The notes beneath the pieces are model-generated. The model was not told where the DNA came from, searched no databases, and worked only from the letters and a program-made list of their open reading frames with translations. A stretch of DNA of 64,000 bases, taken from a virus. The stretch covers positions 46,396 through 110,395 of IMG/VR virus record IMGVR_UViG_3300046007_003718, one strand, 5' to 3'. Positions 16,628 to 27,732 of this stretch are shown piece by piece (position 1 is the stretch's first letter; each line of letters starts with the position of its first letter). Both the position numbers and the translations under genes were made by a program.

Positions 16628-16884
16628 TTGTCACATCTTGTTAAATAATGACGATGAGGGCCAGAACAATCTGGTTCATCGCAGCCCCATTCCTCTTTTG
16701 GTAGTGGAGACTTGCCAAAATTTCTTGGAGTAACATTTGAAGAGAACTTACCCTCTAGAATCTTTCGTGAATGCATATCGGTGCCAAGATACTTCAAAGG
16801 TCCAGTAGTGGTTCCTTCGGGGATACCATCTCTAACCGGATCCATTACTTTAACTTTAATTGGCTTATCTTTATTATCACTCAT
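16603..16884 (-). CDS. hypothetical protein with C-terminal Zn ribbon
   Basis: CDEPDC...CDKC. Confidence 0.55.
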   Translation of the reverse strand: MSDNKDKPIKVKVMDPVRDGIPEGTTTGPLKYLGTDMHSRKILEGKFSSNVTPRNFGKSPLPKEEWGCDEPDCSGPHRHYLTRCDKCGMRRPF

Positions 16885-16896
16885 CTAACTAACTCC

Positions 16897-17187
16897 CTAT
16901 GGTGTAATTAAGGAACCACCACCAACGGCTCCCGCTGCTGCTGCTCCTTGCATCATACCAGCCAGTTGTCCAAGAACAAAGGCTAGATTAGCAATGCTAT
17001 TAAATCTTCCGGCAAAATTGATTGCTTCATCAACATTTAGAAACAATTCACTCTTATTACCATTAATATCTGTGACAAGCAACTTAACTCCAAGACCATA
17101 CAGAGGATGTTCACTAATCCCGACTGAAATACCCTTATTGTTAGAAGCCGAAGGCTCTTCTTGTGCTTGCTTCTCTTCTTCTGACAT
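16897..17187 (-). CDS. hypothetical protein
   Basis: ORF track. Confidence 0.6.
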   Translation of the reverse strand: MSEEEKQAQEEPSASNNKGISVGISEHPLYGLGVKLLVTDINGNKSELFLNVDEAINFAGRFNSIANLAFVLGQLAGMMQGAAAAGAVGGGSLITP

Positions 17188-17416
17188 AATTACCTTTCTT
17201 ATTTAAAATTTCCACGGCTTAGAATCAAACAATGTTAATTGATTGTTAAAATCCTCAACCTCGGGAGTTTCTACGCTGGCAGACTTTTCTGCTAGATCTA
17301 ATCTTTCTCCATCAGATCTAACTGAGATACCCATATCATCTATTACAATAGATATTCTATCAGTCGCATTAACTTTTGTTTCAAACGGCATCTCGTTATC
17401 TTTATCAATGCGAATT

Positions 17417-17803
17417 CTAATCATCTGACTCATCATCCACCTCTTTCCAAAATCTAAATACTGGACTAATAAGCCCAGCGCGAATTGCCGCAGCAACCGC
17501 TGACGGAGGGATTCCTATATTCATATATTCTTCCACTTCCCGGATTGTAATTGATTCTGTTCTCTGCTCTACTTCAAAATTCCGGGTTAACTGCACATAC
17601 ATTACTTCAGAATCTGGTTCTCTAAAGTATTTAATACCTTGTTCAGCAAATGCTTGAGAAAGTTCAGAAAACCATTTTTGATAAGGATCTTGTGAAATCT
17701 TTTCTTGCTGATTCTTTATGTGCAATTCATTAAACTGAGCGCGAAATTCTTCAACCATCTCTGGGTCAAAAAGATCATCGAACTCATCTTTGTTCATAGT
17801 CAT
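17417..17803 (-). CDS. hypothetical protein
   Basis: ORF track. Confidence 0.6.
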   Translation of the reverse strand: MTMNKDEFDDLFDPEMVEEFRAQFNELHIKNQQEKISQDPYQKWFSELSQAFAEQGIKYFREPDSEVMYVQLTRNFEVEQRTESITIREVEEYMNIGIPPSAVAAAIRAGLISPVFRFWKEVDDESDD

Positions 17804-17810
17804 GATATAT

Positions 17811-18371
17811 TTATGAGGGAATAATCAACTCACTAACAACCTCAAGCACCCTTTCTTTAAATTGATTCAAAGAACTTTTATTATCTATTATATAAGAAAA
17901 GTATTCATCAGGCAAACGTTCTTCAGAAATATGAGAATCATTATGAAATAGATCGGGCCTATTTATGCGAATAATATGACCGCCAAGATGTTTAATTCTC
18001 TCTGCTTCATTCTTAAAACGAACATCCGTAATAATCCACAATTCATCATCTGGAACGGTAGGCTCTCTGGGTAATATCATATCTACCCAAAAATCATCAC
18101 CGAAAATATCTCGGTGCGCTTCTGTACCATACCTTTGAGCAAAACTTCTCCAAGTGTATGAATGCTCAAAACTCTGACTTTCAATCTTAAAGACGCCCCG
18201 CTCTTCCTTTAGTGTGTTTATTTCTCTTATTGAAACGCCAAAGAGAGCCGCTAGGCTCTCCTTGATCTTGTCAGCAAATGCTAACCTTTGAGCATGAGGA
18301 TATACGGATTGAATAAAATTGTAAGCGGTATCTTTTCCAGCCCGCTTACCTCCATGTAATCCAATAATCAT
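17811..18371 (-). CDS. deoxynucleoside monophosphate kinase (T4 gp1-like)
   Basis: GGKRAGKDT P-loop, AFADKIK, QRYGTE, TDVRFKNE, HISE. Confidence 0.9.
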   Translation of the reverse strand: MIIGLHGGKRAGKDTAYNFIQSVYPHAQRLAFADKIKESLAALFGVSIREINTLKEERGVFKIESQSFEHSYTWRSFAQRYGTEAHRDIFGDDFWVDMILPREPTVPDDELWIITDVRFKNEAERIKHLGGHIIRINRPDLFHNDSHISEERLPDEYFSYIIDNKSSLNQFKERVLEVVSELIIPS

Positions 18372-18373
18372 AT

Positions 18374-18643
18374 CTAGTTAGACTGTTCGCCTGTCATGTT
18401 CTCATAAAAATCATCAATCTCTTGCTGAATAGAATCTTCAGCATGACGACGAAGTTCATCCTCAATCTCAGCACGACGAGTCCTGACATACTCATCATAA
18501 GCCTCCTGCTCTTCTTCCGTATCTGGACGAGGAGCCAAAGGCTCTTCATGAGCAAAAGAACGAGAGAAAACAACATTTTCATATTGGTTTCTTGGATTTG
18601 TAACCTTAGAGGTCAAACCAACACTAACCTTAATAACTGTCAT
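18374..18643 (-). CDS. hypothetical protein
   Basis: ORF track. Confidence 0.6.
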   Translation of the reverse strand: MTVIKVSVGLTSKVTNPRNQYENVVFSRSFAHEEPLAPRPDTEEEQEAYDEYVRTRRAEIEDELRRHAEDSIQQEIDDFYENMTGEQSN

Positions 18644-18645
18644 AA

Positions 18646-18873
18646 CTACCCCTTATTTACAGCAATAGCAAGACTATTGAGATTGCTTCCCTTAATAGAC
18701 TCCTCAACCTGAGAAACAATACGCTTTACAATATCATCAGAAATTGGCGAACCTTGCATATCATATACAGTAACACAGACAGAACGCGGATAATGCTTAT
18801 ACGCTGTCCAATTATTGTTGTTGTGCTTACGTCGCTTATTGTTATTATTCCTGTTGTTGCCCTGACTAGACAA
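18646..18873 (-). CDS. hypothetical protein
   Basis: ORF track. Confidence 0.55.
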   Translation of the reverse strand: MSSQGNNRNNNNKRRKHNNNNWTAYKHYPRSVCVTVYDMQGSPISDDIVKRIVSQVEESIKGSNLNSLAIAVNKG

Positions 18874-18881
18874 TTTAACTC

Positions 18882-20183
18882 CTATTGAATTGATCCGAGA
18901 TTAATACGTTCAAAAGATGTAATACCATGCTTGCGATTCATAGTGATGAGAGCCTGTTGTGCCTCATCTCCTGCGTGCATAGTATCAAATGCATACTCAT
19001 CTGGCCCCTTAATGGAACCATTCACTACAAGATCACATCCACGACCGGGCCACCAAAGCAACTGGTGGAAGTGACCCATTACTAGCATATCAACTGACGG
19101 CATCCCAAGACTCTTAAGACCCTCCTGAAAAGCCGCCCTTTTCTTTGCAAGCCCATAGAATGGAATACCTGCAAAACTTGATGACTTATAACCATCACCG
19201 TGAGTCATGCCGACGCGGTGGCCTGCAATCTCATGAATATAAATCATATCCTTTGGTACGATAACTTTGACATTCTTAATTGGCTCAACGATAGCCTTCA
19301 CCATCATACCCATCATGTATTCAAGATTATCATACTTATTCTTGTGGCGTGGCTTGTGGTGAATGCGAGGGTGATTACCCGGCATGATAACAACTTCAAC
19401 CTCTGGGAATATCTCAGACATTGAACCAATCATATCTACCATAAGATGTGCCATTCGTACAAACTGGTCAGAAACTGGAGTCTCATTGCTCTCAGCCAAC
19501 TCTTCGTGGATATTCCCACTAATCATATCGCCAAGAAACGCTAGAACGATCTTATTGACTGGATAATCATTACTCTTGATTTCATAGAAGCGAGAAATCT
19601 TCTGAGCGAGAAATTCCATACGACGATCACAGATATCCATATTATACTTAATATCAAACATATCTACAGTCTCTCCGTAGTGGGCGTCTGAAATTAGAGC
19701 AAACATGGTGTGAGGATCGTCACCGATAGCGGGGTTTGGTCCTACACGGAATACTGGCTCATAGGGATTTGATTCAATTACCTGAACAATGCGATCTGCA
19801 ATACGATCCTTATCATCAACGATCTTTTCATATTCCTTAATCATCTTAAGGGTATGACGCTTATCAGCATTTAGACGAACAATTTCTCTATTCGCTGTAA
19901 GCAACTCATCATGAATGCGATCCTCTTCTGTCTCTTCCTCTTCCAGACGACGCTTTGCTCTCTTGATGGGAGACTTATCTGCATCGAATGAAAAGATTTC
20001 ACTATCCCAACGATCAATTGCTCGGCGCACAGAACGATCAGAAGTGGAAAGACCATAACGATCTGTAAGAAAGCGGGAAATTGCCCCAGCAGTCATTCCA
20101 TCCACATAACAGTCAATAATTATGTCTTTATACTCGTCTAGTGGTGACACTGACGATTTACCATCTGGGGTATTAGTACCCAT
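18882..20183 (-). CDS. calcineurin-like metallophosphoesterase with N-terminal HTH/coiled coil
   Basis: SDAHYG, GDMISG, GNH, HGD, GHFH. Confidence 0.85.
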   Translation of the reverse strand: MGTNTPDGKSSVSPLDEYKDIIIDCYVDGMTAGAISRFLTDRYGLSTSDRSVRRAIDRWDSEIFSFDADKSPIKRAKRRLEEEETEEDRIHDELLTANREIVRLNADKRHTLKMIKEYEKIVDDKDRIADRIVQVIESNPYEPVFRVGPNPAIGDDPHTMFALISDAHYGETVDMFDIKYNMDICDRRMEFLAQKISRFYEIKSNDYPVNKIVLAFLGDMISGNIHEELAESNETPVSDQFVRMAHLMVDMIGSMSEIFPEVEVVIMPGNHPRIHHKPRHKNKYDNLEYMMGMMVKAIVEPIKNVKVIVPKDMIYIHEIAGHRVGMTHGDGYKSSSFAGIPFYGLAKKRAAFQEGLKSLGMPSVDMLVMGHFHQLLWWPGRGCDLVVNGSIKGPDEYAFDTMHAGDEAQQALITMNRKHGITSFERINLGSIQ

Positions 20184-20210
20184 TAAGTAACTCCTTGATT
20201 AGAGAATTAA

Positions 20211-22340
20211 CTATTCTTTTTCATCTTCACTAGAGATGTTATCATCTTTTACTTCTTCTGGAAGTATATCATCTCTGATTAATGAAATCTTTTTAGCATT
20301 CTTTGGGCGGTTTATCTTTTCTACAAGCCTACCGTCCTTCTCTTCAAGGACTTTACTCATACTTGATCTTCCGCCCGGAGGTTGGATGGGAGTTCTTTCA
20401 TTAGAAACTTCAGGCATACCGCCCGGAGTTGGGCTTATTGGCTGTGCGGCTGGAGTTGTACCACCCGGCTCTGGTGGGATAAGAATGCCACCGGGGCCTT
20501 GCTCTGGGGCACCCTCTTCACCTTCTGCTGGCGGCATCATTCCACCACCGGGGACCATTTCTTCATCCATACCGGGGAATTGATTTGGGTCAAGACCAGC
20601 ATTAGGATCTAGTCCAGACATAATGATTTCCTGCAACAAGTCTGGAGGAATGGGAAGATTCTGAGCCTTAAGCAGACGATAAATCTTGACCTTAGCCTCT
20701 TGCTGTGCAACAGTCTTTTCGATAGCCTCTTCTTCAAACCTTGCAAGTTCTTCCTTGAAGGTGTAAGGCAGACCAACCATAAATGTCTGATCTGAAATAG
20801 GAACTCCAGAAGCCTTGAGTTGGGCAAGGAATTGACGCTGAGTAGCCTCATCTCTAAGATCAAGAACTTTCATGTTAATTTCTGGAATAAGCAATTTGTG
20901 TCGTTCGACAACCATGATGTTGCCCTCTTCATCATATTCAATATGCTCTTCCATGATTGGGACGCGAGTATCACCACGCTGTTCGTAATCGTAATGTTCA
21001 TTAGCCTCAGCAACAACTCGGGCGCGGTCCATGAAGTGCCTCTTCAAGAAGTTCTGGTATGTACGAAGGATTTGATTAAGGAACTCAGCCTGTAGTGCTG
21101 ATGATGCATATGGTTGTGCATTAGAACCAGCAGAAAGTAGGCTTGGGTTTACACCAAACAACTGCATTAAACGACGTTCAATTCTGTCGAAGTCATCGCC
21201 TAGATTTGGCATCTGCTCACGACCAAATACATTTTGAATATCTACGCCGAAGTGGTGGACAAGAACACGGAAGTCTGAAGCGAGAGCGATATCAATATCA
21301 TCGCGGAAGGCCTCACACTCATCTGGACCGGGCATCCAAGGTACACCATCTCCAATATCCTGAACACCTAACTTGGCTAGAATCAGTGGGGAGTACAAAC
21401 GCTCTGCAATAGCATCCTGAGAAGCAAGCAACTTCTCTTCATGCATAAGTGTGCGTAATCCTCTAAGAAGCAGAGGGGTTCCGTGAATGTCCCAATCGTT
21501 AATCTTGAAAGCAACCTGCTTCATAAGAACGTTCGAAACAGGAATATTTTCATTCTTGATCAAATATGGAATAAGTTCCGGCCAATCCTGAACAAGAGTT
21601 TCGTAGTCTGTAGTAGGACTCTTCTTTGCCGCGAGTTCCTTTAGGAATTCAGGTGGTTTAATCTCAAACTGCTGAGTTCCAAGAAGCGGATACTGCTTTA
21701 GTACCACATCTTCTGGATTGATAAGTTCTTCTCTTTCCCAAATACCAAGAGTCTCATTAAATGAGCCGAGAGGAAATGCCTGTCCCACTGTCCAGTATTC
21801 ACGGCCAAGACGTACAAGGAATTCCTGATAGTCAAGACGATCAAAGAAAAGATCCTCGTACCATTGTGTGAGTTTTGGATCTTTAGAACTTAGTTCCATT
21901 CCTACTAAGGGGAACCTAGTAAAAATATCAATCAAGATAGGAACAAGGTAATGCGTCATGTAGTATAGACGCAGCCACTGATACAACTTCTGACGATGCG
22001 TATCATTTTGAATATTCCAAGGAATACCAGAGAGTTCCCAGTATTCCACCGGATCGTAAAAACGAGGAATAGCAGCAATATAGTCTCCACCGCCCGCTGC
22101 TGTTTTGTTAATAGAAGAAACCCTACGGTTTCTAGAGAACTCAGACGCAAGAGCGCGGTTGGCTCTCATATCTTTAATTGTGTTCTCTAGACTGTCAGGA
22201 CCGTTAGGGTCACTAGTAGCAAGGTTGTACGACTCCCAAGCCGCAATCTTCTTACGAAGGTCGTGCTTAGGGAGCGTACCTCCCATTTCCTGAATTGCTT
22301 TTACCTTCTGATCTGATGAAAGATGAGGAAATTCTGGCAT
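20211..22340 (-). CDS. probable portal protein
   Basis: 709 aa, near terminase, portal-like GTPLL.R segment, Pro/Gly-rich tail. Confidence 0.7.
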   Translation of the reverse strand: MPEFPHLSSDQKVKAIQEMGGTLPKHDLRKKIAAWESYNLATSDPNGPDSLENTIKDMRANRALASEFSRNRRVSSINKTAAGGGDYIAAIPRFYDPVEYWELSGIPWNIQNDTHRQKLYQWLRLYYMTHYLVPILIDIFTRFPLVGMELSSKDPKLTQWYEDLFFDRLDYQEFLVRLGREYWTVGQAFPLGSFNETLGIWEREELINPEDVVLKQYPLLGTQQFEIKPPEFLKELAAKKSPTTDYETLVQDWPELIPYLIKNENIPVSNVLMKQVAFKINDWDIHGTPLLLRGLRTLMHEEKLLASQDAIAERLYSPLILAKLGVQDIGDGVPWMPGPDECEAFRDDIDIALASDFRVLVHHFGVDIQNVFGREQMPNLGDDFDRIERRLMQLFGVNPSLLSAGSNAQPYASSALQAEFLNQILRTYQNFLKRHFMDRARVVAEANEHYDYEQRGDTRVPIMEEHIEYDEEGNIMVVERHKLLIPEINMKVLDLRDEATQRQFLAQLKASGVPISDQTFMVGLPYTFKEELARFEEEAIEKTVAQQEAKVKIYRLLKAQNLPIPPDLLQEIIMSGLDPNAGLDPNQFPGMDEEMVPGGGMMPPAEGEEGAPEQGPGGILIPPEPGGTTPAAQPISPTPGGMPEVSNERTPIQPPGGRSSMSKVLEEKDGRLVEKINRPKNAKKISLIRDDILPEEVKDDNISSEDEKE

Positions 22341-22383
22341 TTATATTATATCCAAACTGTTGATAGGTATATCATACCACACA

Positions 22384-25254
22384 TTATCTTTTAGAACCAG
22401 ATCCCCAGCCAATGAAATTATCATCATATACTCCAAGTGACTGGATTGCTTGTTCTGGGGTCATACCATCAGACATAAGTTTTTCAACTTCATTGTCTAT
22501 TAGATCAAAATCTAGAGGTGCTGCGCCTTCTTTAGAATTTTCTTGCTTTAATTCCTTAAGACGCTTATGCAAATCGGCTAATTCGTCAGAAGCGATATCA
22601 TCATCGCCGGGATAAATATACCCACCGTCAAGCACGCCGCGTTTTAGTTTAGCAATCTCTTTTTCAATCTCTTCTATTTCATCACTTCTATTTGCTGAAG
22701 TCTTAGCATTTTCTATTTGCTTAACTTTAGCAGCAGCCCAAGTGCGACCGGCGTTTCCGCCCCATGCTAACCAAGCAACATCCCAAGGAGTTATTTCGCC
22801 TTGCTTTGCTTTTTGCGAACGACCACCCGCATGACGCTCAAAGAATGAGTGCATACGCTTTACATGCTCGGGAGTTAATTCTTGCCCTTCGGCAATTTTC
22901 TTTGCTCTAGTTAGGGTTGCTGATTCAAATCCATCTCCAGCCTTACCTTCTGAGTGATACTTAATGCCACGCCTTGCAGCACTACGCACACCTTCTGGTG
23001 GTACTAGATTTAGATCGGATGCCTCCTTGACAGAGGCGCTAGATTTTTTTGAATCGCTTCCAAAAATAGGGTCTCTTTTGTTTCTTTGATTTTCAGATGC
23101 TAAATCGTATGCGTGCCTTTGAGCATCTTGATGTGCTGTTTCGCCATGAAACTCTTTTATCTTTTGTCCATTACTGGCATTAAGCACTACAGCATACATC
23201 CCATCTTTAGTTGATCCATACGCAAAATCTCCGAGCCTATCAAATTCCATTGCCTTGTCATTTGATAAAATTATTGAAGATTTTTTTGGAGCATTATCCT
23301 CTTGCTTAACACCCTTAGCGTTCATATCTGAAGTGGCCTGAGCCTTTTCTTTATCTTTAGTATTTTCAGAATAAGGTGCTTCTCCACCGGGCTGAATAAA
23401 CTCACGAACTGGCTCACCAAAGTCAGTAAAGTCTTGATGTTCTAATCCCAATTCTTTTTGCTTTTGCTTAACATCTAAATTTTTGTACTTCTCGCCTTCT
23501 GATCCGCCAATTTCTTTATCAATACTCATTCTGCTTGGATCAGAAGCGCCTGCGGGTAGCCCCGGTTCATTTTGCTGAAGTTGGGCCATCTCGCCAACGG
23601 CTTCAACGAGAATAGAAGCGGTCTTCTCTGGGATTCCCTGAGCAACATAGAATTCTTCTAAGGCCTTTACGCTCGCACCACGAAGATAATCGTAACGATT
23701 TGGTCCTCTTGTCTTGAATTGAGGCTCCCCCTCAATCATCTCTTTTCTTCTACGAGCATTTTCTTTCATCTTTTCTTCTGCTCTTGATTGATCTTCAATC
23801 ATATCTTCATACTCGCTCTTTTCAGAAGAAGGGCTATTTAATTCAATAGTAGGTTGCTCTTGAGCCTCTAGTTCATCCATCTTTCTTGCTCTAGCAGGCA
23901 GTGGCTTGTCTTTGCTTGACCAGTCTGGAGCATTGTAACCAACATCATTATTGCGGTCCATAAAGCCACGAAGCATTTCTCTCCAACCAGCATTCTTTTG
24001 AATCCATTCTGGTACAAGGGAATCTGCGTTCTCTAAAATAAATGCAGCCTTTTTCTTTTCACGATCTGCATCACACTTCTCACAAGAGCCGGGAGAGCAA
24101 GGCTTAGTTCCGGGGACACGCTTGTACCCATCCCAGCAATTACATTCCTTAGCCTCTCTTACTGAAGAATTCTTTCTTTCATCTCTTTCGTTCCATCTTG
24201 ATTGGTATTCATGAGCCGCATCGAATGCTTCATCAAGACTATCGTAAACATCACGAACATCATGCCCCGAGAATATCAAGTTACCTCCCTTCCCCTCGTA
24301 GTAACCGGGAGGGATGTGAGATAACTGATAGCGAGTCTCCCTACGTCCGGGGTAATCGGGTGGATCAAAGTCTAGAAGGCCCATATCAAGTTGCTCTTCT
24401 CTACTTTGAGGATCAATATTCCACTCACCATGCGGTCCCTTGGCAGTGTAATAATCGTCCCCGTGGTCTTGCCAATCAATGTTAGCGGTCTTTACTACTG
24501 AAGATTCTTTCTTTTCTTCTTCTTCGTCCTCTTCTTCTTTTTCTTCAGAATCTGACTCCTCATCCTCTTCATCTTCTTCCTTGGATTCATCTTCTTCGGT
24601 CCAAGGCTTGTCCCATTCAGCCTGCCTGATAGTCGCCTCTTTTAAATCAGTTCCTGCTGCTTCGTCTAAGGAGTGATCAACACCACTATCATAAAGGGCG
24701 CTTAGAGCCTTACTAATTTGTTCTTCTAGCGACCAATACTTATCACTACCTTCCTCTTCACTATCAATACCATCTAATTCACTCTTCAGATGCTCAAGTT
24801 CCATCTCTAATTGATTCTGGTCTTGATTCCAGCCCCCCTGAAGTGCAGATTGTACAAGTGGCTTATACTGATTCCAATACAGTTCAATCTGATCTAAGTC
24901 CATATTGTAGCCAACATAATCATTGATTAGATCTGAATGTGCTTCGTCTTTTCCAGCAAATGGATCAACATATGGGTTTGCCTTCTTAACAGCAGCCTCT
25001 TTTAAATGAGTTACTGTTGCATCATAGATAGTCTCTGAAGGAATGTCATACTCTGCGGCATACTTATCCGCAACTGAACGAATGTCATCAGAAAGGAAAT
25101 CAACTCTCTCTGGATTCTTGGCTACGAAACTTTCAAAACGCTGTTCGCATTCTAACTGTGAGGCCATAATAGCCTTAGTTGGATTAATTCTTTCAGCCTC
25201 TTGTCTCATATTGAGTTCTAGGCTCTCAAACATATCGCTCATTATAGTAACCAT
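22384..25254 (-). CDS. large acidic multi-module virion protein
   Basis: Modules separated by K/R-x-A; CNCWDGYK and KRMHSFFERH...AWLAWGG phage modules. Confidence 0.65.
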   Translation of the reverse strand: MVTIMSDMFESLELNMRQEAERINPTKAIMASQLECEQRFESFVAKNPERVDFLSDDIRSVADKYAAEYDIPSETIYDATVTHLKEAAVKKANPYVDPFAGKDEAHSDLINDYVGYNMDLDQIELYWNQYKPLVQSALQGGWNQDQNQLEMELEHLKSELDGIDSEEEGSDKYWSLEEQISKALSALYDSGVDHSLDEAAGTDLKEATIRQAEWDKPWTEEDESKEEDEEDEESDSEEKEEEDEEEEKKESSVVKTANIDWQDHGDDYYTAKGPHGEWNIDPQSREEQLDMGLLDFDPPDYPGRRETRYQLSHIPPGYYEGKGGNLIFSGHDVRDVYDSLDEAFDAAHEYQSRWNERDERKNSSVREAKECNCWDGYKRVPGTKPCSPGSCEKCDADREKKKAAFILENADSLVPEWIQKNAGWREMLRGFMDRNNDVGYNAPDWSSKDKPLPARARKMDELEAQEQPTIELNSPSSEKSEYEDMIEDQSRAEEKMKENARRRKEMIEGEPQFKTRGPNRYDYLRGASVKALEEFYVAQGIPEKTASILVEAVGEMAQLQQNEPGLPAGASDPSRMSIDKEIGGSEGEKYKNLDVKQKQKELGLEHQDFTDFGEPVREFIQPGGEAPYSENTKDKEKAQATSDMNAKGVKQEDNAPKKSSIILSNDKAMEFDRLGDFAYGSTKDGMYAVVLNASNGQKIKEFHGETAHQDAQRHAYDLASENQRNKRDPIFGSDSKKSSASVKEASDLNLVPPEGVRSAARRGIKYHSEGKAGDGFESATLTRAKKIAEGQELTPEHVKRMHSFFERHAGGRSQKAKQGEITPWDVAWLAWGGNAGRTWAAAKVKQIENAKTSANRSDEIEEIEKEIAKLKRGVLDGGYIYPGDDDIASDELADLHKRLKELKQENSKEGAAPLDFDLIDNEVEKLMSDGMTPEQAIQSLGVYDDNFIGWGSGSKR

Positions 25255-27722
25255 CCTTCATCTGAAATTTCAGTGTTTGACTTTTTCTTTTTAGGCTTTT
25301 CTTCGCCCTCTTTCTCATCATCTTCTGCCTCTTCTTGCATATCGTCAATCTCATCAATGGTTTCAAAAAGAGTGGAGGCAGCAAATCTATCAACAAAATC
25401 ATCAGGCTCATTTTCTGCCATTTGACTCATTTCATCAGGATCCATCTGATGTGCAACAGAAGAATCTAGATATTGCTCAATTTGAAATGATGCTCCGGGA
25501 ATATATTTATCTAGGTCATCAAAATTCGAAAGGGGAGCATTGACAATATCTTCGGCATGAAGAAGAATTTCTTCTTTTAATTTATTGATTTCTTGTTCCC
25601 ACTTATTATTATCCCAACGAAATCCGTCTTCCGCATCTGTTTTAGAACCGCTTCTAAGAACACGCATTCCTTCTCTTGCATAATTTATCAATTCTTGAAT
25701 TTCTGCTTCTGATTCATTTTCTGATATTTTTTCAGTCGCTTCTCTCATTTGAATAACAAAAGAACGACGAACTTTTTCTACATTTGCAAGGAATTCATTA
25801 GCAATTTCTTGAGCCTTCTCTGCGGGAAGAGCAGAAACTTTAGGCTGAATAAATGTAGTTGCAAGTCTAGCAACTTCTTGTCCATCACCGATCAGAACAG
25901 GAGAAATGTCTGAAACGAATTCAACGGAGGCAATTCTAGCGAATTCATTCCAATTAGTTGCTTCTAGTTCTTCTTCCATTTCCGCAGCAATGAGTACGAT
26001 TGATTCTCCACCACCGGGGCCAAATGCATATCCACCAGCGGCTTCCTTGCCGAACTCGTACTTGGGTAGGCTATTTACATATTCATCTTCACCAACGAAA
26101 TCTGCGCTAGCGAGGCGAGTCTGACAAAATACAATTTCGTTAGCAAGGGCAACCTTAGCCTCTCCAAGAAGTCCCATCTCGGCAACATCTTTAGTTGTTG
26201 AGATTCTGTTATGAACTTCTCTTTGCAACTTAGTTGCAGCCTTAATTCTTTGTGAATATGTGTTTCGATAATCCTCTGGTAGAGCCTCTAGAGCGTCATA
26301 CCAGTCACCGCTAAGGTGTGCTGCAATCTTGTCTAGCAATTCATCTCTAGTATCAGCAAGTTTATCTTGCCTTACCTTTTGTAAATCTTCAATGGGGAAT
26401 TCATATTCCCCACCATTTTCTAATTTTACACTCGCCATTTTGCCGTAGAGAGTATCCCATACTCCAGTTACCTCTCCTGTGTTTCCACTGGCTCTGACGA
26501 TAGTGCCGGGATTGATCGCAGGATCATCCTCTAGTTCTAGATTCTCAGCCACTTGATTTGCCTCCTCCTCGCTAGCGCCTTCATTTTGCAGAATCTGTAC
26601 TAAGTCAGTTTTAGTCATTTGTGGATCATTGGAAACAAAATCTTGACCTCTTCCGCCCCAATATCCTAGATCTTGATCAGAACCCATCTCTGGAGCCTGA
26701 CCAGAATCTTGTCCTTCTGTAAAGAATTGTCCATCTTCAGTATCTTCGGGACCACCAATAAAACCCCCACCAGTAGCCTCAAAGTCATTTGGACCGGGAG
26801 CGCCCTCTAGTGAGTCGTTGATTCCTCCGGGGCCACCCTCGTCACCCATTCCAGCACCATATGGAAAATCACCACTTGGACCCATATCTAGATCTTCTGG
26901 GGCATCACTTTCAGGACCAATTCCCGATAGGTCTGCTCCGGGGTATCCTTCGTCCCCCTGATCCTCCGCTCCACCTTGCTCCCTAGGAAGAGATGCGGCA
27001 TGGGCTTCTTCGTCAGTTGCCCCAGCACGTTTTAGTTCTTCGATAATTTGATCCTGAGAGATTCCCTTATCTTGCAAAGTAAGACCAAGTTCTCTCCAAG
27101 AGAGTTCTACAGATGTTTTATTAACATTTGAAGTCTTTCCGCCAAACAGTTCATTTATGAGTTGTTGAATTGATTGGGAAGAAACGTTATGCTTTTCTAG
27201 CATAGTTCTTATAAATGAAGAATCAATTTCATCACGATTAGATTCTGCATGATTTAGCAACTCTTGGAGTGCAGCGGGAGGCACATCGTCGTATTTATAT
27301 CCGGGATCGGCATAATCTGCAAAAGCATTATCATCCCCCTCTTGAATATCAGTATGTTGATTAACTGACTGAGAACCTTCATCTGTATTGAGCATATCAA
27401 TAGCATTTGAAGCATCTTCTCTTGTATAACCCATCTCCAGAAGGGCATCTAAGATTTGACCAAGATCAATATTAGTGCTGAACATCACCTTGGCTGCCTG
27501 TAGGGCGTTTACTCCAGAAGACTTTAGATAGGTAACTTCAGGGCCATCCTGAAATACCATCATTACTGCCATTTTTGCTGTTTTGGGATCAAATCCCATT
27601 TGAGTAAGTTCTCTAACAATATTTCCGATATTGCTGTATCTCACATCTGGTCTCTGCTTTACCAGAGTGATTGCAGCAGAGAGGTCGGTTTTTGCCATAA
27701 GATTATCCTTTAGTAAATGCAT
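25242..27722 (-). CDS. large acidic virion protein
   Basis: Repeated short helical units and Gly/Pro linkers; between terminase and portal; start probably MAKTDL. Confidence 0.6.
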   Translation of the reverse strand: MHLLKDNLMAKTDLSAAITLVKQRPDVRYSNIGNIVRELTQMGFDPKTAKMAVMMVFQDGPEVTYLKSSGVNALQAAKVMFSTNIDLGQILDALLEMGYTREDASNAIDMLNTDEGSQSVNQHTDIQEGDDNAFADYADPGYKYDDVPPAALQELLNHAESNRDEIDSSFIRTMLEKHNVSSQSIQQLINELFGGKTSNVNKTSVELSWRELGLTLQDKGISQDQIIEELKRAGATDEEAHAASLPREQGGAEDQGDEGYPGADLSGIGPESDAPEDLDMGPSGDFPYGAGMGDEGGPGGINDSLEGAPGPNDFEATGGGFIGGPEDTEDGQFFTEGQDSGQAPEMGSDQDLGYWGGRGQDFVSNDPQMTKTDLVQILQNEGASEEEANQVAENLELEDDPAINPGTIVRASGNTGEVTGVWDTLYGKMASVKLENGGEYEFPIEDLQKVRQDKLADTRDELLDKIAAHLSGDWYDALEALPEDYRNTYSQRIKAATKLQREVHNRISTTKDVAEMGLLGEAKVALANEIVFCQTRLASADFVGEDEYVNSLPKYEFGKEAAGGYAFGPGGGESIVLIAAEMEEELEATNWNEFARIASVEFVSDISPVLIGDGQEVARLATTFIQPKVSALPAEKAQEIANEFLANVEKVRRSFVIQMREATEKISENESEAEIQELINYAREGMRVLRSGSKTDAEDGFRWDNNKWEQEINKLKEEILLHAEDIVNAPLSNFDDLDKYIPGASFQIEQYLDSSVAHQMDPDEMSQMAENEPDDFVDRFAASTLFETIDEIDDMQEEAEDDEKEGEEKPKKKKSNTEISDEGWLL

Positions 27723-27732
27723 TTACTACCAA

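Noticed and set aside
24490-24600. TCT/TCC-rich repeat tract
   Set aside because: It simply encodes a Glu/Asp/Lys low-complexity linker
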